Source of the DNA: Antedon mediterranea
Lineage: Eukaryota > Animalia > Echinodermata
NCBI RefSeq assembly: GCF_964355755.1
Contig: NC_092679.1
Location: forward strand, 9,206,201 to 9,270,200
Reading direction: 5' to 3'
Length of the DNA stretch: 64,000 bases
Made by a program: the position numbers and the translations under genes. Positions 25,401 through 38,900 of the stretch are shown piece after piece; within the stretch, counting starts at the first letter, position 1; the number at the start of each line of letters is the position of its first letter. A model generated the notes under the pieces. That model ran no database searches. It saw nothing but the letters and a program-made list of their open reading frames with translations, and was not told the origin of the DNA.

Positions 25401-26149
25401 AAGCTAATCTGTACACTTTGATGTTTTTATGTTAACAAGTTTTTTCGAAAATCACAAAATGGTCTAAAACGTTTCAAAATGCGATTTGAAGCTTTTCTTT
25501 ACACTTTGGTGTTTTTATGTTAACAAGTTTTTTCGAAAATCACAAAATGGTCTAAAACGTCTCCAAATGCGATTTGAAGCTATTCTGTACACTTTGATGT
25601 TTTTATGTTAACAAGTTTTTTCGAAGATCACAAAATTGTCTAAAACGTCTGCAAATGCAATTTGAAGCTATTCTAAACACTTTTGTGTTTTTATGTTAAC
25701 AAGTTTTTTTCGAAAATCACAAAATGGTCTAAAACGTCTGCAAATGCGATTTTAAACTATTCTTAGCACATTGGTGTTTTTATTTAAACAAATTTATTCG
25801 AAACTCACAAAATGGTCTAAAACGTCTCCAAATGTGATTTGAAGCTATTTTAAGCACTTTGGTGTTTTTGTGTTAACAAGTTTTTCGAAATGCTCAAAAT
25901 GGTCTAAAACGTTTTTAAACACGATATTAAGCTATTTTGTGCTCTTTGATGTTTTTTTGTGAAAAGTTTTAGCAAAATGCTCAAAATGGTCTAAAACGAT
26001 TTCTAATGTGATTTTAAGCACTTTGATGTTTTTATGTTAACTAGTTTTTTCGAAAATCACAAAATGGTCTAAAACGTCTCCAAATGCGATTTGAAGCTAT
26101 TTTAAGCACTTAGGTGCTTTTGTGTAACCAAGTTTTTTTGAAAATCACA

Positions 26150-29100
26150 AAAGGGTCTAAAATGTCTCCAAATGTGATTTGAAGCTATTTTAAGCACTTT
26201 GGTGTTTTTGTGTTAACAAGTTTTTCGGAAATCACAAAATTGTCTAAAACGTCTCCAAATGCGATTTGAAGCTATTCTGTACACTTTGATGTTTTTATGT
26301 TAACAAGTTTTTTAGAAAATCACAAAATGGTCTAAAACATCTCCAAATGCGATTTAAAGCTATTTTAAGCACTTTGGTGTTTTTATGTTAACAAGTTTTT
26401 TCGAAAATCACAAAATGGTCTAAAACGTCTCCAAATGCGATTTGAAGCTATTTTAAGCACTTTGGTGTTTTTGTGTTAACAAGTTTTTCGAAATGCTCAA
26501 AATGGTCTAAAACGTTTCCAAATGCGATTTGAAGCTATTCTGTACACTTTGATGTTTTGTGTGAAAATTTTCTGTCGAAATGCTCAAAATGGTCAAAAAC
26601 GTTTTTAAATACGATATTAAGCTACTTTGTGCTCTTTGATGTTTTTGTGTGAAATGTTTTATCGAAATGCTCAAAATGGTCTAAAACGGTTTCTAATGTG
26701 ATTTCAAGCACTTTGATGTTTTTGTGTAACCAAGTTTTTCGAAAATCACAAAATTGTCTAAAACGTCTCCAAATGCGATTTGAAGCTATTCTGTACTCTT
26801 TGATTTTTTTATTTTAACAAGTTTTTCGAAAATCACAAAATGGTCTAAAACGTCTCCAAATGCGATTTTAAGCTATTCTAAGCACTTTGGTGTTTTTATG
26901 TTAACAAGTTTTTTTGAAAATCACAAAATGGTCTAAAACGTCTCTAAATGAGATTTGAAGCTTTTCTGTACACTTTGATGTTTTTATGTTAACAAGTTTT
27001 TTCGAAAATCACAAAATGGTCTAAAATGTCTCCAAATGCGATTTGAAGCTATTCTAAGCACTTTGGTGTTTTTATGGAAACAATTTTTTTCGAAAATCAC
27101 AAAATGGTCTAAAACGTCTCCAAATGTGATTTGAAGCTATTCTGTACACTTTGATGTTTTTATGTTAACAAGTTTTTTCGAAAATCACAAAATGGTCTAA
27201 AACGTCTACAAATGCGATTTGAAGCTATACTGTACACTTTGATGCTTTTATGTTAACAAGTTTTTTCGAAAATCACAAAATGGTCTAAAACGTTTCCAAA
27301 TGCGATTTGAAGCTATTCTGTACACTTTGATGTTTTGTGTGAAAATTTTCTGTCGAAATGCTCAAAATGGTCAAAAACGTTTTTAAATACGATATTAAGC
27401 TACTTTGTGCTCTTTGATGTTTTTGTGTGAAATGTTTTATCGAAATGCTCAAAATGGTCTAAAACGGTTTCTAATGTGATTTCAAGCACTTTGATGTTTT
27501 TGTGTAACCAAGTTTTTCGAAAATCACAAAATTGTCTAAAACGTCTCCAAATGCGATTTGAAGCTATTCTGTACACTTTGATGTTTTTATGTTAACAAGT
27601 TTTTCGAAAATCACAAAATGGTCTAAAACGTCTCCAAATGCGATTTGAAGCTATTCTGTACACTTTGATGTTTTTATGTTAACAAGTTTTTCGAAAATCA
27701 CAAAATGGTCTAAAACGTCTCTAAATGCGATTTGAAGCTTTTCTGTACACTTTGATGTTTTTATGTTAACAACTTTTTTCGAAAATCACAAAATGGTCTA
27801 AAATGTCTCCAAATGCGATTTGAAGCTATTCTAAGCACTTTGGTGTTTTTATGTTAACAAGTTTTTTCGAAAATCACAAAATGGTCTAAAACGTCTCCAA
27901 ATGCGATTTGAAGCTATTCTGTACACTTTGATGTTTTTATGTTAACAAGTTTTTTCGAAAATCACAAAATGGTCTAAAACGTCTACAAATGCGATTTGAA
28001 GCTATTCTGTACACTTTGATGTTTTTATGTTAACAAGTTTTTTCGAAAATCACAAAATGGTCTAAAACGTTTCCAAATGCGATTTGAAGCTATTCTGTAC
28101 ACTTTGATGTTTTGTGTGAAAATTTTCTTTCGAAATGCTCAAAATGGTCAAAAACGTTTTTAAATACGATATTAAGCTACTTTGTGCTCTTTGATGTTTT
28201 TGTGTGAAATGTTTTATCGAAATGCTCAAAATGGTCTAAAACGGTTTCTAATGTGATTTCAAGCACTTTGATGTTTTTGTGTAACCAAGTTTTTCGAAAA
28301 TCACAAAATTGTCTAAAACGTCTCCAAATGCGATTTGAAGCTATTCTGTACACTTTGATGTTTTTATGTTAACAAGTTTTTCGAAAATCACAAAATGGTC
28401 TAAAACGTCTCCAAATGCGATTTTAAGCTATTCTAAGCACTTTGGTGTTTTTATGTTAACAAGTTTTTTTGAAAATCACAAAATGGTCTAAAACGTCTCT
28501 AAATGCGATTTGAAGCTATTCTGTACACTTTGATGTTTTTATGTTAACAAGTTTTTTCGAAAATCACAAAATGGTCTAAAACGTCTACAAATGCGATTTG
28601 AAGCTATTCTAAGCACTTTGGTGTTTTTATGGAAACAATTTTTTTCGAAAATCACAAAATGGTCTAAAACGTTTCCAAATGCGATTTGAAGCTATTCTGT
28701 ACACTTTGATGTTTTGTGTGAAAATTTTCTGTCGAAATGCTCAAAATGGTCAAAAACGTTTTTAAATACGATATTAAGCTACTTTGTGCTCTTTGATGTT
28801 TTTGTGTGAAATGTTTTATCGAAATGCTCAAAATGGTCTAAAACGGTTTCTAATGTTATTTCAAGCACTTTGATGTTTTTGTGTAACCAAGTTTTTTGAA
28901 AATCACAAAATTGTCTAAAACGTCTCCAAATGCGATTTGAAGCTATTCTGTACACTTTGATGTTTTTATGTTAACAAGTTTTTCGAAAATCACAAAATGG
29001 TCTAAAACGTGTCTCCAAATGCGATTTTAAGCTATTCTAAGCACTTTGGTGTTTTTATGTTAACAACTTTTTTCGAAAATCACAAAATGGTCTAAAATGT

Positions 29101-32100
29101 CTCCAAATGCGATTTGAAGCTATTCTAAGCACTTTGGTGTTTTTATGTTAACAAGTTTTTTCAAAAATCACAAAATGGTCTAAAACGTCTCCAAATGCGA
29201 TTTGAAGCTATTCTGTACACTTTGATGTTTTTATGTTAACAAGTTTTTTCGAAAATCACAAAATGGTCTAAAACGTCTACAAATGCGATTTGAAGCTATT
29301 CTGTACACTTTGATGTTTTTATGTTAACAAGTTTTTTCGAAAATCACAAAATGGTCTAAAACGTTTCCAAATGCGATTTGAAGCTATTCTGTACACTTTG
29401 ATGTTTTGTGTGAAAATTTTCTTTCGAAATGCTCAAAATGGTCAAAAACGTTTTTAAATACGATATTAAGCTACTTTGTGCTCTTTGATGTTTTTGTGTG
29501 AAATGTTTTATCGAAATGCTCAAAATGGTCTAAAACGGTTTCTAATGTGATTTCAAGCACTTTGATGTTTTTGTGTAACCAAGTTTTTCGAAAATCACAA
29601 AATTGTCTAAAACGTCTCCAAATGCGATTTGAAGCTATTCTGTACACTTTGATGTTTTTATGTTAACAAGTTTTTCGAAAATCACAAAATGGTCTAAAAC
29701 GTCTCCAAATGCGATTTGAAGCTATTCTGTACACTTTGATGTTTTTATGTTAACAAGTTTTTCGAAAATCACAAAATGGTCTAAAACGTCTCTAAATGCG
29801 ATTTGAAGCTTTTCTGTACACTTTGATGTTTTTATGTTAACAACTTTTTTCGAAAATCACAAAATGGTCTAAAATGTCTCCAAATGCGATTTGAAGCTAT
29901 TCTAAGCACTTTGATGTTTTTATGTTACCAAGTTTTTTCGAAAATCACAAAATGGTCTAAAATGTCTCCAATAGCGATTTTAAGCTATTCTGTACACTTT
30001 GATGTTTTTATGTTAACAAGTTTTTCGAAAATCACAAAATGGTCTAAAACGTCTCCAAATGCGATTTTAAGCTATTCTAAGCACTTTGGTGTTTTTATGT
30101 TAACAAGTTTTTTTGAAAATCACAAAATGGTCTAAAACGTCTCTAAATGCGATTTGAAGCTTTTCTGTACACTTTGATGTTTTTATGTTAACAACTTTTT
30201 TCGAAAATCACAAAATGGTCTAAAATGTCTCCAAATGCGATTTGAAGCTATTCTAAGCACTTTGGTGTTTTTATGGAAACAATTTTTTTCGAAAATCACA
30301 AAATGGTCTAAAACGTCTCCAATAGCGATTTGAAGCTTTTCTGTACACTTTGGTGTTTTTATGTTAACAAGTTTTTTCGAAAATCACAAAATGGTCTAAA
30401 ACGTCTCCAAATGCGATTTGAAGCTAATCTGTACACTTTGATGTTTTTATGTTAACAAGTTTTTTCGAAAATCACAAAATGGTCTAAAACGTTTCCAAAT
30501 GCGATTTGAAGCTTTTCTTTACACTTTGGTGTTTTTATGTTAACAAGTTTTTTCGAAAATCACAAAATGGTCTAAAACGTCTCCAAATGCGATTTGAAGC
30601 TATTCTGTACACTTTGATGTTTTTATGTTAACAAGTTTTTTCGAAGATCACAAAATGGTCTAAAACGTCTACAAATGCAATTTGAAGCTATTCTAAGCAC
30701 TTTTGTGTTTTTATGTTAACAAGTTTTTTCGAAAATCACAAAATGGTCTAAAACGTCTGCAAATGCGATTTTAAACTATTCTTAGCACATTGGTGTTTTT
30801 ATTTAAACAAATTTTTTCGAAACTCACAAAATGGTCTAAAACGTCTCCAAATGCGATTTGAAGCTATTTTAAGCACTTTGGTGTTTTTGTGTTAACAAGT
30901 TTTTCGAAATGCTCAAAATGGTCTAAAACGTTTTTAAACACGATATTAAGCTATTTTGTGCTCTTTGGTGTTTTTTTGTGAAAAGTTTTAGCAAAATGCT
31001 CAAAATGGTCTAAAACGATTTCTAATGTGATTTTAAGCACTTTGATGTTTTTATGTTAACTAGTTTTTTCGAAAATCACAAAATGGTCTAAAACGTCTCC
31101 AAATGCGATTTGAAGCTATTTTAAGCACTTAGGTGCTTTTGTGTAACCAAGTTTTTTAGAAAATCACAAAAGGGTCTAAAATGTCTCCAAATGTGATTTG
31201 AAGCTATTTTAAGCACTTTGGTGTTTTTGTGTTAACAAGTTTTTCGGAAATCACAAAATTGTCTAAAACGTCTCCAAATGCGATTTGAAGCTATTCTGTA
31301 CACTTTGATGTTTTTATGTTAACAAGTTTTTTAGAAAATCACAAAATGGTCTAAAACATCTCCAAATGCGATTTAAAGCTATTTTAAGCACTTTGGTGTT
31401 TTTATGTTAACAAGTTTTTTCGAAAATCACAAAATGGTCTAAAACGTCTCCAAATGCGATTTGAAGCTATTTTAAGCACTTTGGTGTTTTTGTGTTAACA
31501 AGTTTTTCGAAATGCTCAAAATGGTCTAAAACGTTTCCAAATGCGATTTGAAGCTATTCTGTACACTTTGATGTTTTGTGTGAAAATTTTCTGTCGAAAT
31601 GCTCAAAATGGTCAAAAACGTTTTTAAATACGATATTAAGCTACTTTGTGCTCTTTGATGTTTTTGTGTGAAATGTTTTATCGAAATGCTCAAAATGGTC
31701 TAAAACGGTTTCTAATGTGATTTCAAGCACTTTGATGTTTTTGTGTAACCAAGTTTTTCGAAAATCACAAAATTGTCTAAAACGTCTCCAAATGCGATTT
31801 GAAGCTATTCTGTACTCTTTGATTTTTTTATTTTAACAAGTTTTTCGAAAATCACAAAATGGTCTAAAACGTCTCCAAATGCGATTTTAAGCTATTCTAA
31901 GCACTTTGGTGTTTTTATGTTAACAAGTTTTTTTGAAAATCACAAAATGGTCTAAAACGTCTCTAAATGAGATTTGAAGCTTTTCTGTACACTTTGATGT
32001 TTTTATGTTAACAAGTTTTTTCGAAAATCACAAAATGGTCTAAAATGTCTCCAAATGCGATTTGAAGCTATTCTAAGCACTTTGGTGTTTTTATGGAAAC

Positions 32101-35100
32101 AATTTTTTTCGAAAATCACAAAATGGTCTAAAACGTCTCCAAATGTGATTTGAAGCTATTCTGTACACTTTGATGTTTTTATGTTAACAAGTTTTTTCGA
32201 AAATCACAAAATGGTCTAAAACGTCTACAAATGCGATTTGAAGCTATACTGTACACTTTGATGCTTTTATGTTAACAAGTTTTTTCGAAAATCACAAAAT
32301 GGTCTAAAACGTTTCCAAATGCGATTTGAAGCTATTCTGTACACTTTGATGTTTTGTGTGAAAATTTTCTGTCGAAATGCTCAAAATGGTCAAAAACGTT
32401 TTTAAATACGATATTAAGCTACTTTGTGCTCTTTGATGTTTTTGTGTGAAATGTTTTATCGAAATGCTCAAAATGGTCTAAAACGGTTTCTAATGTGATT
32501 TCAAGCACTTTGATGTTTTTGTGTAACCAAGTTTTTCGAAAATCACAAAATTGTCTAAAACGTCTCCAAATGCGATTTGAAGCTATTCTGTACACTTTGA
32601 TGTTTTTATGTTAACAAGTTTTTCGAAAATCACAAAATGGTCTAAAACGTCTCCAAATGCGATTTGAAGCTATTCTGTACACTTTGATGTTTTTATGTTA
32701 ACAAGTTTTTCGAAAATCACAAAATGGTCTAAAACGTCTCTAAATGCGATTTGAAGCTTTTCTGTACACTTTGATGTTTTTATGTTAACAACTTTTTTCG
32801 AAAATCACAAAATGGTCTAAAATGTCTCCAAATGCGATTTGAAGCTATTCTAAGCACTTTGGTGTTTTTATGTTAACAAGTTTTTTCGAAAATCACAAAA
32901 TGGTCTAAAACGTCTCCAAATGCGATTTGAAGCTATTCTGTACACTTTGATGTTTTTATGTTAACAAGTTTTTTCGAAAATCACAAAATGGTCTAAAACG
33001 TCTACAAATGCGATTTGAAGCTATTCTGTACACTTTGATGTTTTTATGTTAACAAGTTTTTTCGAAAATCACAAAATGGTCTAAAACGTTTCCAAATGCG
33101 ATTTGAAGCTATTCTGTACACTTTGATGTTTTGTGTGAAAATTTTCTTTCGAAATGCTCAAAATGGTCAAAAACGTTTTTAAATACGATATTAAGCTACT
33201 TTGTGCTCTTTGATGTTTTTGTGTGAAATGTTTTATCGAAATGCTCAAAATGGTCTAAAACGGTTTCTAATGTGATTTCAAGCACTTTGATGTTTTTGTG
33301 TAACCAAGTTTTTCGAAAATCACAAAATTGTCTAAAACGTCTCCAAATGCGATTTGAAGCTATTCTGTACACTTTGATGTTTTTATGTTAACAAGTTTTT
33401 CGAAAATCACAAAATGGTCTAAAACGTCTCCAAATGCGATTTTAAGCTATTCTAAGCACTTTGGTGTTTTTATGTTAACAAGTTTTTTTGAAAATCACAA
33501 AATGGTCTAAAACGTCTCTAAATGCGATTTGAAGCTATTCTGTACACTTTGATGTTTTTATGTTAACAAGTTTTTTCGAAAATCACAAAATGGTCTAAAA
33601 CGTCTACAAATGCGATTTGAAGCTATTCTAAGCACTTTGGTGTTTTTATGGAAACAATTTTTTTCGAAAATCACAAAATGGTCTAAAACGTTTCCAAATG
33701 CGATTTGAAGCTATTCTGTACACTTTGATGTTTTGTGTGAAAATTTTCTGTCGAAATGCTCAAAATGGTCAAAAACGTTTTTAAATACGATATTAAGCTA
33801 CTTTGTGCTCTTTGATGTTTTTGTGTGAAATGTTTTATCGAAATGCTCAAAATGGTCTAAAACGGTTTCTAATGTGATTTCAAGCACTTTGATGTTTTTG
33901 TGTAACCAAGTTTTTTGAAAATCACAAAATTGTCTAAAACGTCTCCAAATGCGATTTGAAGCTATTCTGTACACTTTGATGTTTTTATGTTAACAAGTTT
34001 TTCGAAAATCACAAAATGGTCTAAAACGTGTCTCCAAATGCGATTTTAAGCTATTCTAAGCACTTTGGTGTTTTTATGTTAACAAGTTTTTTTGAAAATC
34101 ACAAAATGGTCTAAAACGTCTCTAAATGCGATTTGAAGCTTTTCTGTACACTTTGATGTTTTTATGTTAACAACTTTTTTCGAAAATCACAAAATGGTCT
34201 AAAATGTCTCCAAATGCGATTTGAAGCTATTCTAAGCACTTTGGTGTTTTTATGTTAACAAGTTTTTTCGAAAATCACAAAATGGTCTAAAACGTCTCCA
34301 AATGCGATTTGAAGCTATTCTGTACACTTTGATGTTTTTATGTTAACAAGTTTTTTCGAAAATCACAAAATGGTCTAAAACGTCTACAAATGCGATTTGA
34401 AGCTATTCTGTACACTTTGATGTTTTTATGTTAACAAGTTTTTTCGAAAATCACAAAATGGTCTAAAACGTTTCCAAATGCGATTTGAAGCTATTCTGTA
34501 CACTTTGATGTTTTGTGTGAAAATTTTCTTTCGAAATGCTCAAAATGGTCAAAAACGTTTTTAAATACGATATTAAGCTACTTTGTGCTCTTTGATGTTT
34601 TTGTGTGAAATGTTTTATCGAAATGCTCAAAATGGTCTAAAACGGTTTCTAATGTGATTTCAAGCACTTTGATGTTTTTGTGTAACCAAGTTTTTCGAAA
34701 ATCACAAAATTGTCTAAAACGTCTCCAAATGCGATTTGAAGCTATTCTGTACACTTTGATGTTTTTATGTTAACAAGTTTTTCGAAAATCACAAAATGGT
34801 CTAAAACGTCTCCAAATGCGATTTGAAGCTATTCTGTACACTTTGATGTTTTTATGTTAACAAGTTTTTCGAAAATCACAAAATGGTCTAAAACGTCTCT
34901 AAATGCGATTTGAAGCTTTTCTGTACACTTTGATGTTTTTATGTTAACAACTTTTTTCGAAAATCACAAAATGGTCTAAAATGTCTCCAAATGCGATTTG
35001 AAGCTATTCTAAGCACTTTGATGTTTTTATGTTACCAAGTTTTTTCGAAAATCACAAAATGGTCTAAAATGTCTCCAATAGCGATTTTAAGCTATTCTGT

Positions 35101-35985
35101 ACACTTTGATGTTTTTATGTTAACAAGTTTTTCGAAAATCACAAAATGGTCTAAAACGTCTCCAAATGCGATTTTAAGCTATTCTAAGCACTTTGGTGTT
35201 TTTATGTTAACAAGTTTTTTTGAAAATCACAAAATGGTCTAAAACGTCTCTAAATGCGATTTGAAGCTTTTCTGTACACTTTGATGTTTTTATGTTAACA
35301 ACTTTTTTCGAAAATCACAAAATGGTCTAAAATGTCTCCAAATGCGATTTGAAGCTATTCTAAGCACTTTGGTGTTTTTATGGAAACAATTTTTTTCGAA
35401 AATCACAAAATGGTCTAAAACGTCTCCAATAGCGATTTGAAGCTTTTCTGTACACTTTGGTGTTTTTATGTTAACAAGTTTTTTCGAAAATCACAAAATG
35501 GTCTAAAACGTCTCCAAATGCGATTTGAAGCTAATCTGTACACTTTGATGTTTTTATGTTAACAAGTTTTTTCGAAAATCACAAAATGGTCTAAAACGTT
35601 TCCAAATGCGATTTGAAGCTTTTCTTTACACTTTGGTGTTTTTATGTTAACAAGTTTTTTCGAAAATCACAAAATGGTCTAAAACGTCTCCAAATGCGAT
35701 TTGAAGCTATTCTGTACACTTTGATGTTTTTATGTTAACAAGTTTTTTCGAAGATCACAAAATGGTCTAAAACGTCTACAAATGCAATTTGAAGCTATTC
35801 TAAGCACTTTTGTGTTTTTATGTTAACAAGTTTTTTCGAAAATCACAAAATGGTCTAAAACGTCTGCAAATGCGATTTTAAACTATTCTTAGCACATTGG
35901 TGTTTTTATTTAAACAAATTTTTTCGAAACTCACAAAATGGTCTAAAACGTCTCCAAATGCGATTTGAAGCTATTTTAAGCACTT
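26150..35985. repeat. ~5.0-5.1 kb tandem duplication (offset 5019, then 5107)
   Basis: TGATTTTTTTATTTTAAC (26801/31820), GAAGCTATACTG (27221/32240) and the GT-insertion monomer TCTAAAACGTGTCTCC (29001/34020) have offset 5019. ORFs at 29884/34991 have offset 5107, one monomer more. Confidence 0.88.
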
Positions 35986-38900
35986 TGATGTTTTTGTGTA
36001 ACCAAGTTTTTCGAAAATCACAAAATTGTCTAAAACGTCTCCAAATGCGATTTGAAGCTATTTTGTGCTCTTTGGTGTTTTTTTGTGAAAAGTTTTAGCA
36101 AAATGCTCAAAATGGTCTAAAACGATTTCTAATGTGATTTTAAGCACTTTGATGTTTTTATGTTAACTAGTTTTTTCGAAAATCACAAAATGGTCTAAAA
36201 CGTCTCCAAATGCGATTTGAAGCTATTTTAAGCACTTAGGTGCTTTTGTGTAACCAAGTTTTTTAGAAAATCACAAAAGGGTCTAAAATGTCTCCAAATG
36301 TGATTTGAAGCTATTTTAAGCACTTTGGTGTTTTTGTGTTAACAAGTTTTTCGGAAATCACAAAATTGTCTAAAACGTCTCCAAATGCGATTTGAAGCTA
36401 TTCTGTACACTTTGATGTTTTTATGTTAACAAGTTTTTTAGAAAATCACAAAATGGTCTAAAACATCTCCAAATGCGATTTAAAGCTATTTTAAGCACTT
36501 TGGTGTTTTTATGTTAACAAGTTTTTTCGAAAATCACAAAATGGTCTAAAACGTCTCCAAATGCGATTTGAAGCTATTTTAAGCACTTGGGTGTTTTTGT
36601 GTTAACAAGTTTTTCGAAATGCTCAAAATGGTCTAAAACGTTTCCAAATGCGATTTGAAGCTATTCTGTACACTTTGATGTTTTGTGTGAAAATTTTCTG
36701 TCGAAATGCTCAAAATGGTCAAAAACGTTTTTAAATACGATATTAAGCTACTTTGTGCTCTTTGATGTTTTTGTGTGAAATGTTTTATCGAAATGCTCAA
36801 AATGGTCTAAAACGGTTTCTAATGTGATTTCAAGCACTTTGATGTTTTTGTGTAACCAAGTTTTTCGAAAATCACAAAATTGTCTAAAACGTCTCCAAAT
36901 GCGATTTGAAGCTATTCTGTACTCTTTGATGTTTTTATGTTAACAAGTTTTTCGAAAATCACAAAATGGTCTAAAACGTCTCCAAATGCGATTTTAAGCT
37001 ATTCTAAGCACTTTGGTGTTTTTATGTTAACAAGTTTTTTTGAAATCACAAAATGGTCTAAAACGTCTCTAAATGAGATTTGAAGCTTTTCTGTACATTT
37101 TGATGTTTTTATGTTAACAAGTTTTTTCGAAAATCACAAAATGGTCTAAAATGTCTCCAAATGCGATTTGAAGCTATTCTAAGCACTTTGGTGTTTTTAT
37201 GGAAACAATTTTTTTCGAAAATCACAAAATGGTCTAAAACGTCTCCAAATGTGATTTGAAGCTATTCTGTACACTTTGATGTTTTTATGTTAGCAAGTTT
37301 TTTCGAAAATCACAAAATGGTCTAAAACGTCTACAAATGCGATTTGAAGCTAATCTGTACACTTTGATGTTTTTATGTTAACAAGTTTTTTCGAAAATCA
37401 CAAAAGGGTCTAAAATGTCTGTAAATGCGATTTGAAGCTATTTAAAGCACTTTGGTGTTTTTAGGTTAACAAGTTTTTTCGAAAATCACAAAATGGTCTA
37501 AAACGTCTACAAATGCGATTTGAAGCTATTCTAAGCACTTTTGTGTTTTTATGTTAACAAGTTTTTTCGAAAATCACAAAATGGTCTAAAATGTCTCCAA
37601 ATGCGATTTGAAGCTATTCTAAGCACTTTGGTGTTTTTATGGAAACAATTTTTTTCGAAAATCACAAAATGGTCTAAAACGTCTCCAAATGTGATTTGAA
37701 GCTATTCTGTACACTTTGATGTTTTTATGTTAGCAAGTTTTTTCGAAAATCACAAAATGGTCTAAAACGTCTACAAATGCGATTTGAAGCTAATCTGTAC
37801 ACTTTGATGTTTTTATGTTAACAAGTTTTTTCGAAAATCACAAAAGGGTCTAAAATGTCTGTAAATGCGATTTGAAGCTATTTAAAGCACTTTGGTGTTT
37901 TTAGATTAACAAGTTTTTTCGAAAATCACAAAATGGTCTAAAACGTCTACAAATGCGATTTGAAGCTATTCTAAGCACTTTTGTGTTTTTATGTTAACAA
38001 GTTTTTTCGAAAATCACAAAATGGTCTAAAACGTCTCCAAATGCGATTTGAAGCTATTTTAAGCACTTTGGTGTTTTTATGTTACCAAGTTTTTTCGAAA
38101 ATCACAAAATGGTCTAAAATGTCTCTAATAGCGATTTTAAGCTATTCTGTACACTTTGATGTTTTTATGTTAACAAGTTTTTCGAAAATCACAAAATGGT
38201 CTAAAACGTCTCCAAATGCGATTTTAAGCTATTCTAAGCACTTTGGTGTTTTTATGTTAACAAGTTTTTTTGAAAATCACAAAATGGTCTAAAACGTCTC
38301 TAAATGCGATTTGAAGCTTTTCTGTACACTTTGATGTTTTTATGTTAACAACTTTTTTCGAAAATCACAAAATGGTCTAAAATGTCTCCAAATGCGATTT
38401 GAAGCTATTCTAAGCACTTTGGTGTTTTTATGGAAACAATTTTTTTCGAAAATCACAAAATGGTCTAAAACGTCTCCAATAGCGATTTGAAGCTTTTCTG
38501 TACACTTTGGTGTTTTTATGTTAACAAGTTTTTTCGAAAATCACAAAATGGTCTAAAACGTCTCCAAATGCGATTTGAAGCTAATCTGTACACTTTGATG
38601 TTTTTATGTTAACAAGTTTTTTCGAAAATCACAAAATGGTCTAAAACGTTTCCAAATGCGATTTGAAGCTTTTCTTTACACTTTGGTGTTTTTATGTTAA
38701 CAAGTTTTTTCGAAAATCACAAAATGGTCTAAAACGTCTCCAAATGCGATTTGAAGCTATTCTGTACACTTTGATGTTTTTATGTTAACAAGTTTTTTCG
38801 AAGATCACAAAATGGTCTAAAACGTCTACAAATGCAATTTGAAGCTATTCTAAGCACTTTTGTGTTTTTATGTTAACAAGTTTTTTCGAAAATCACAAAA

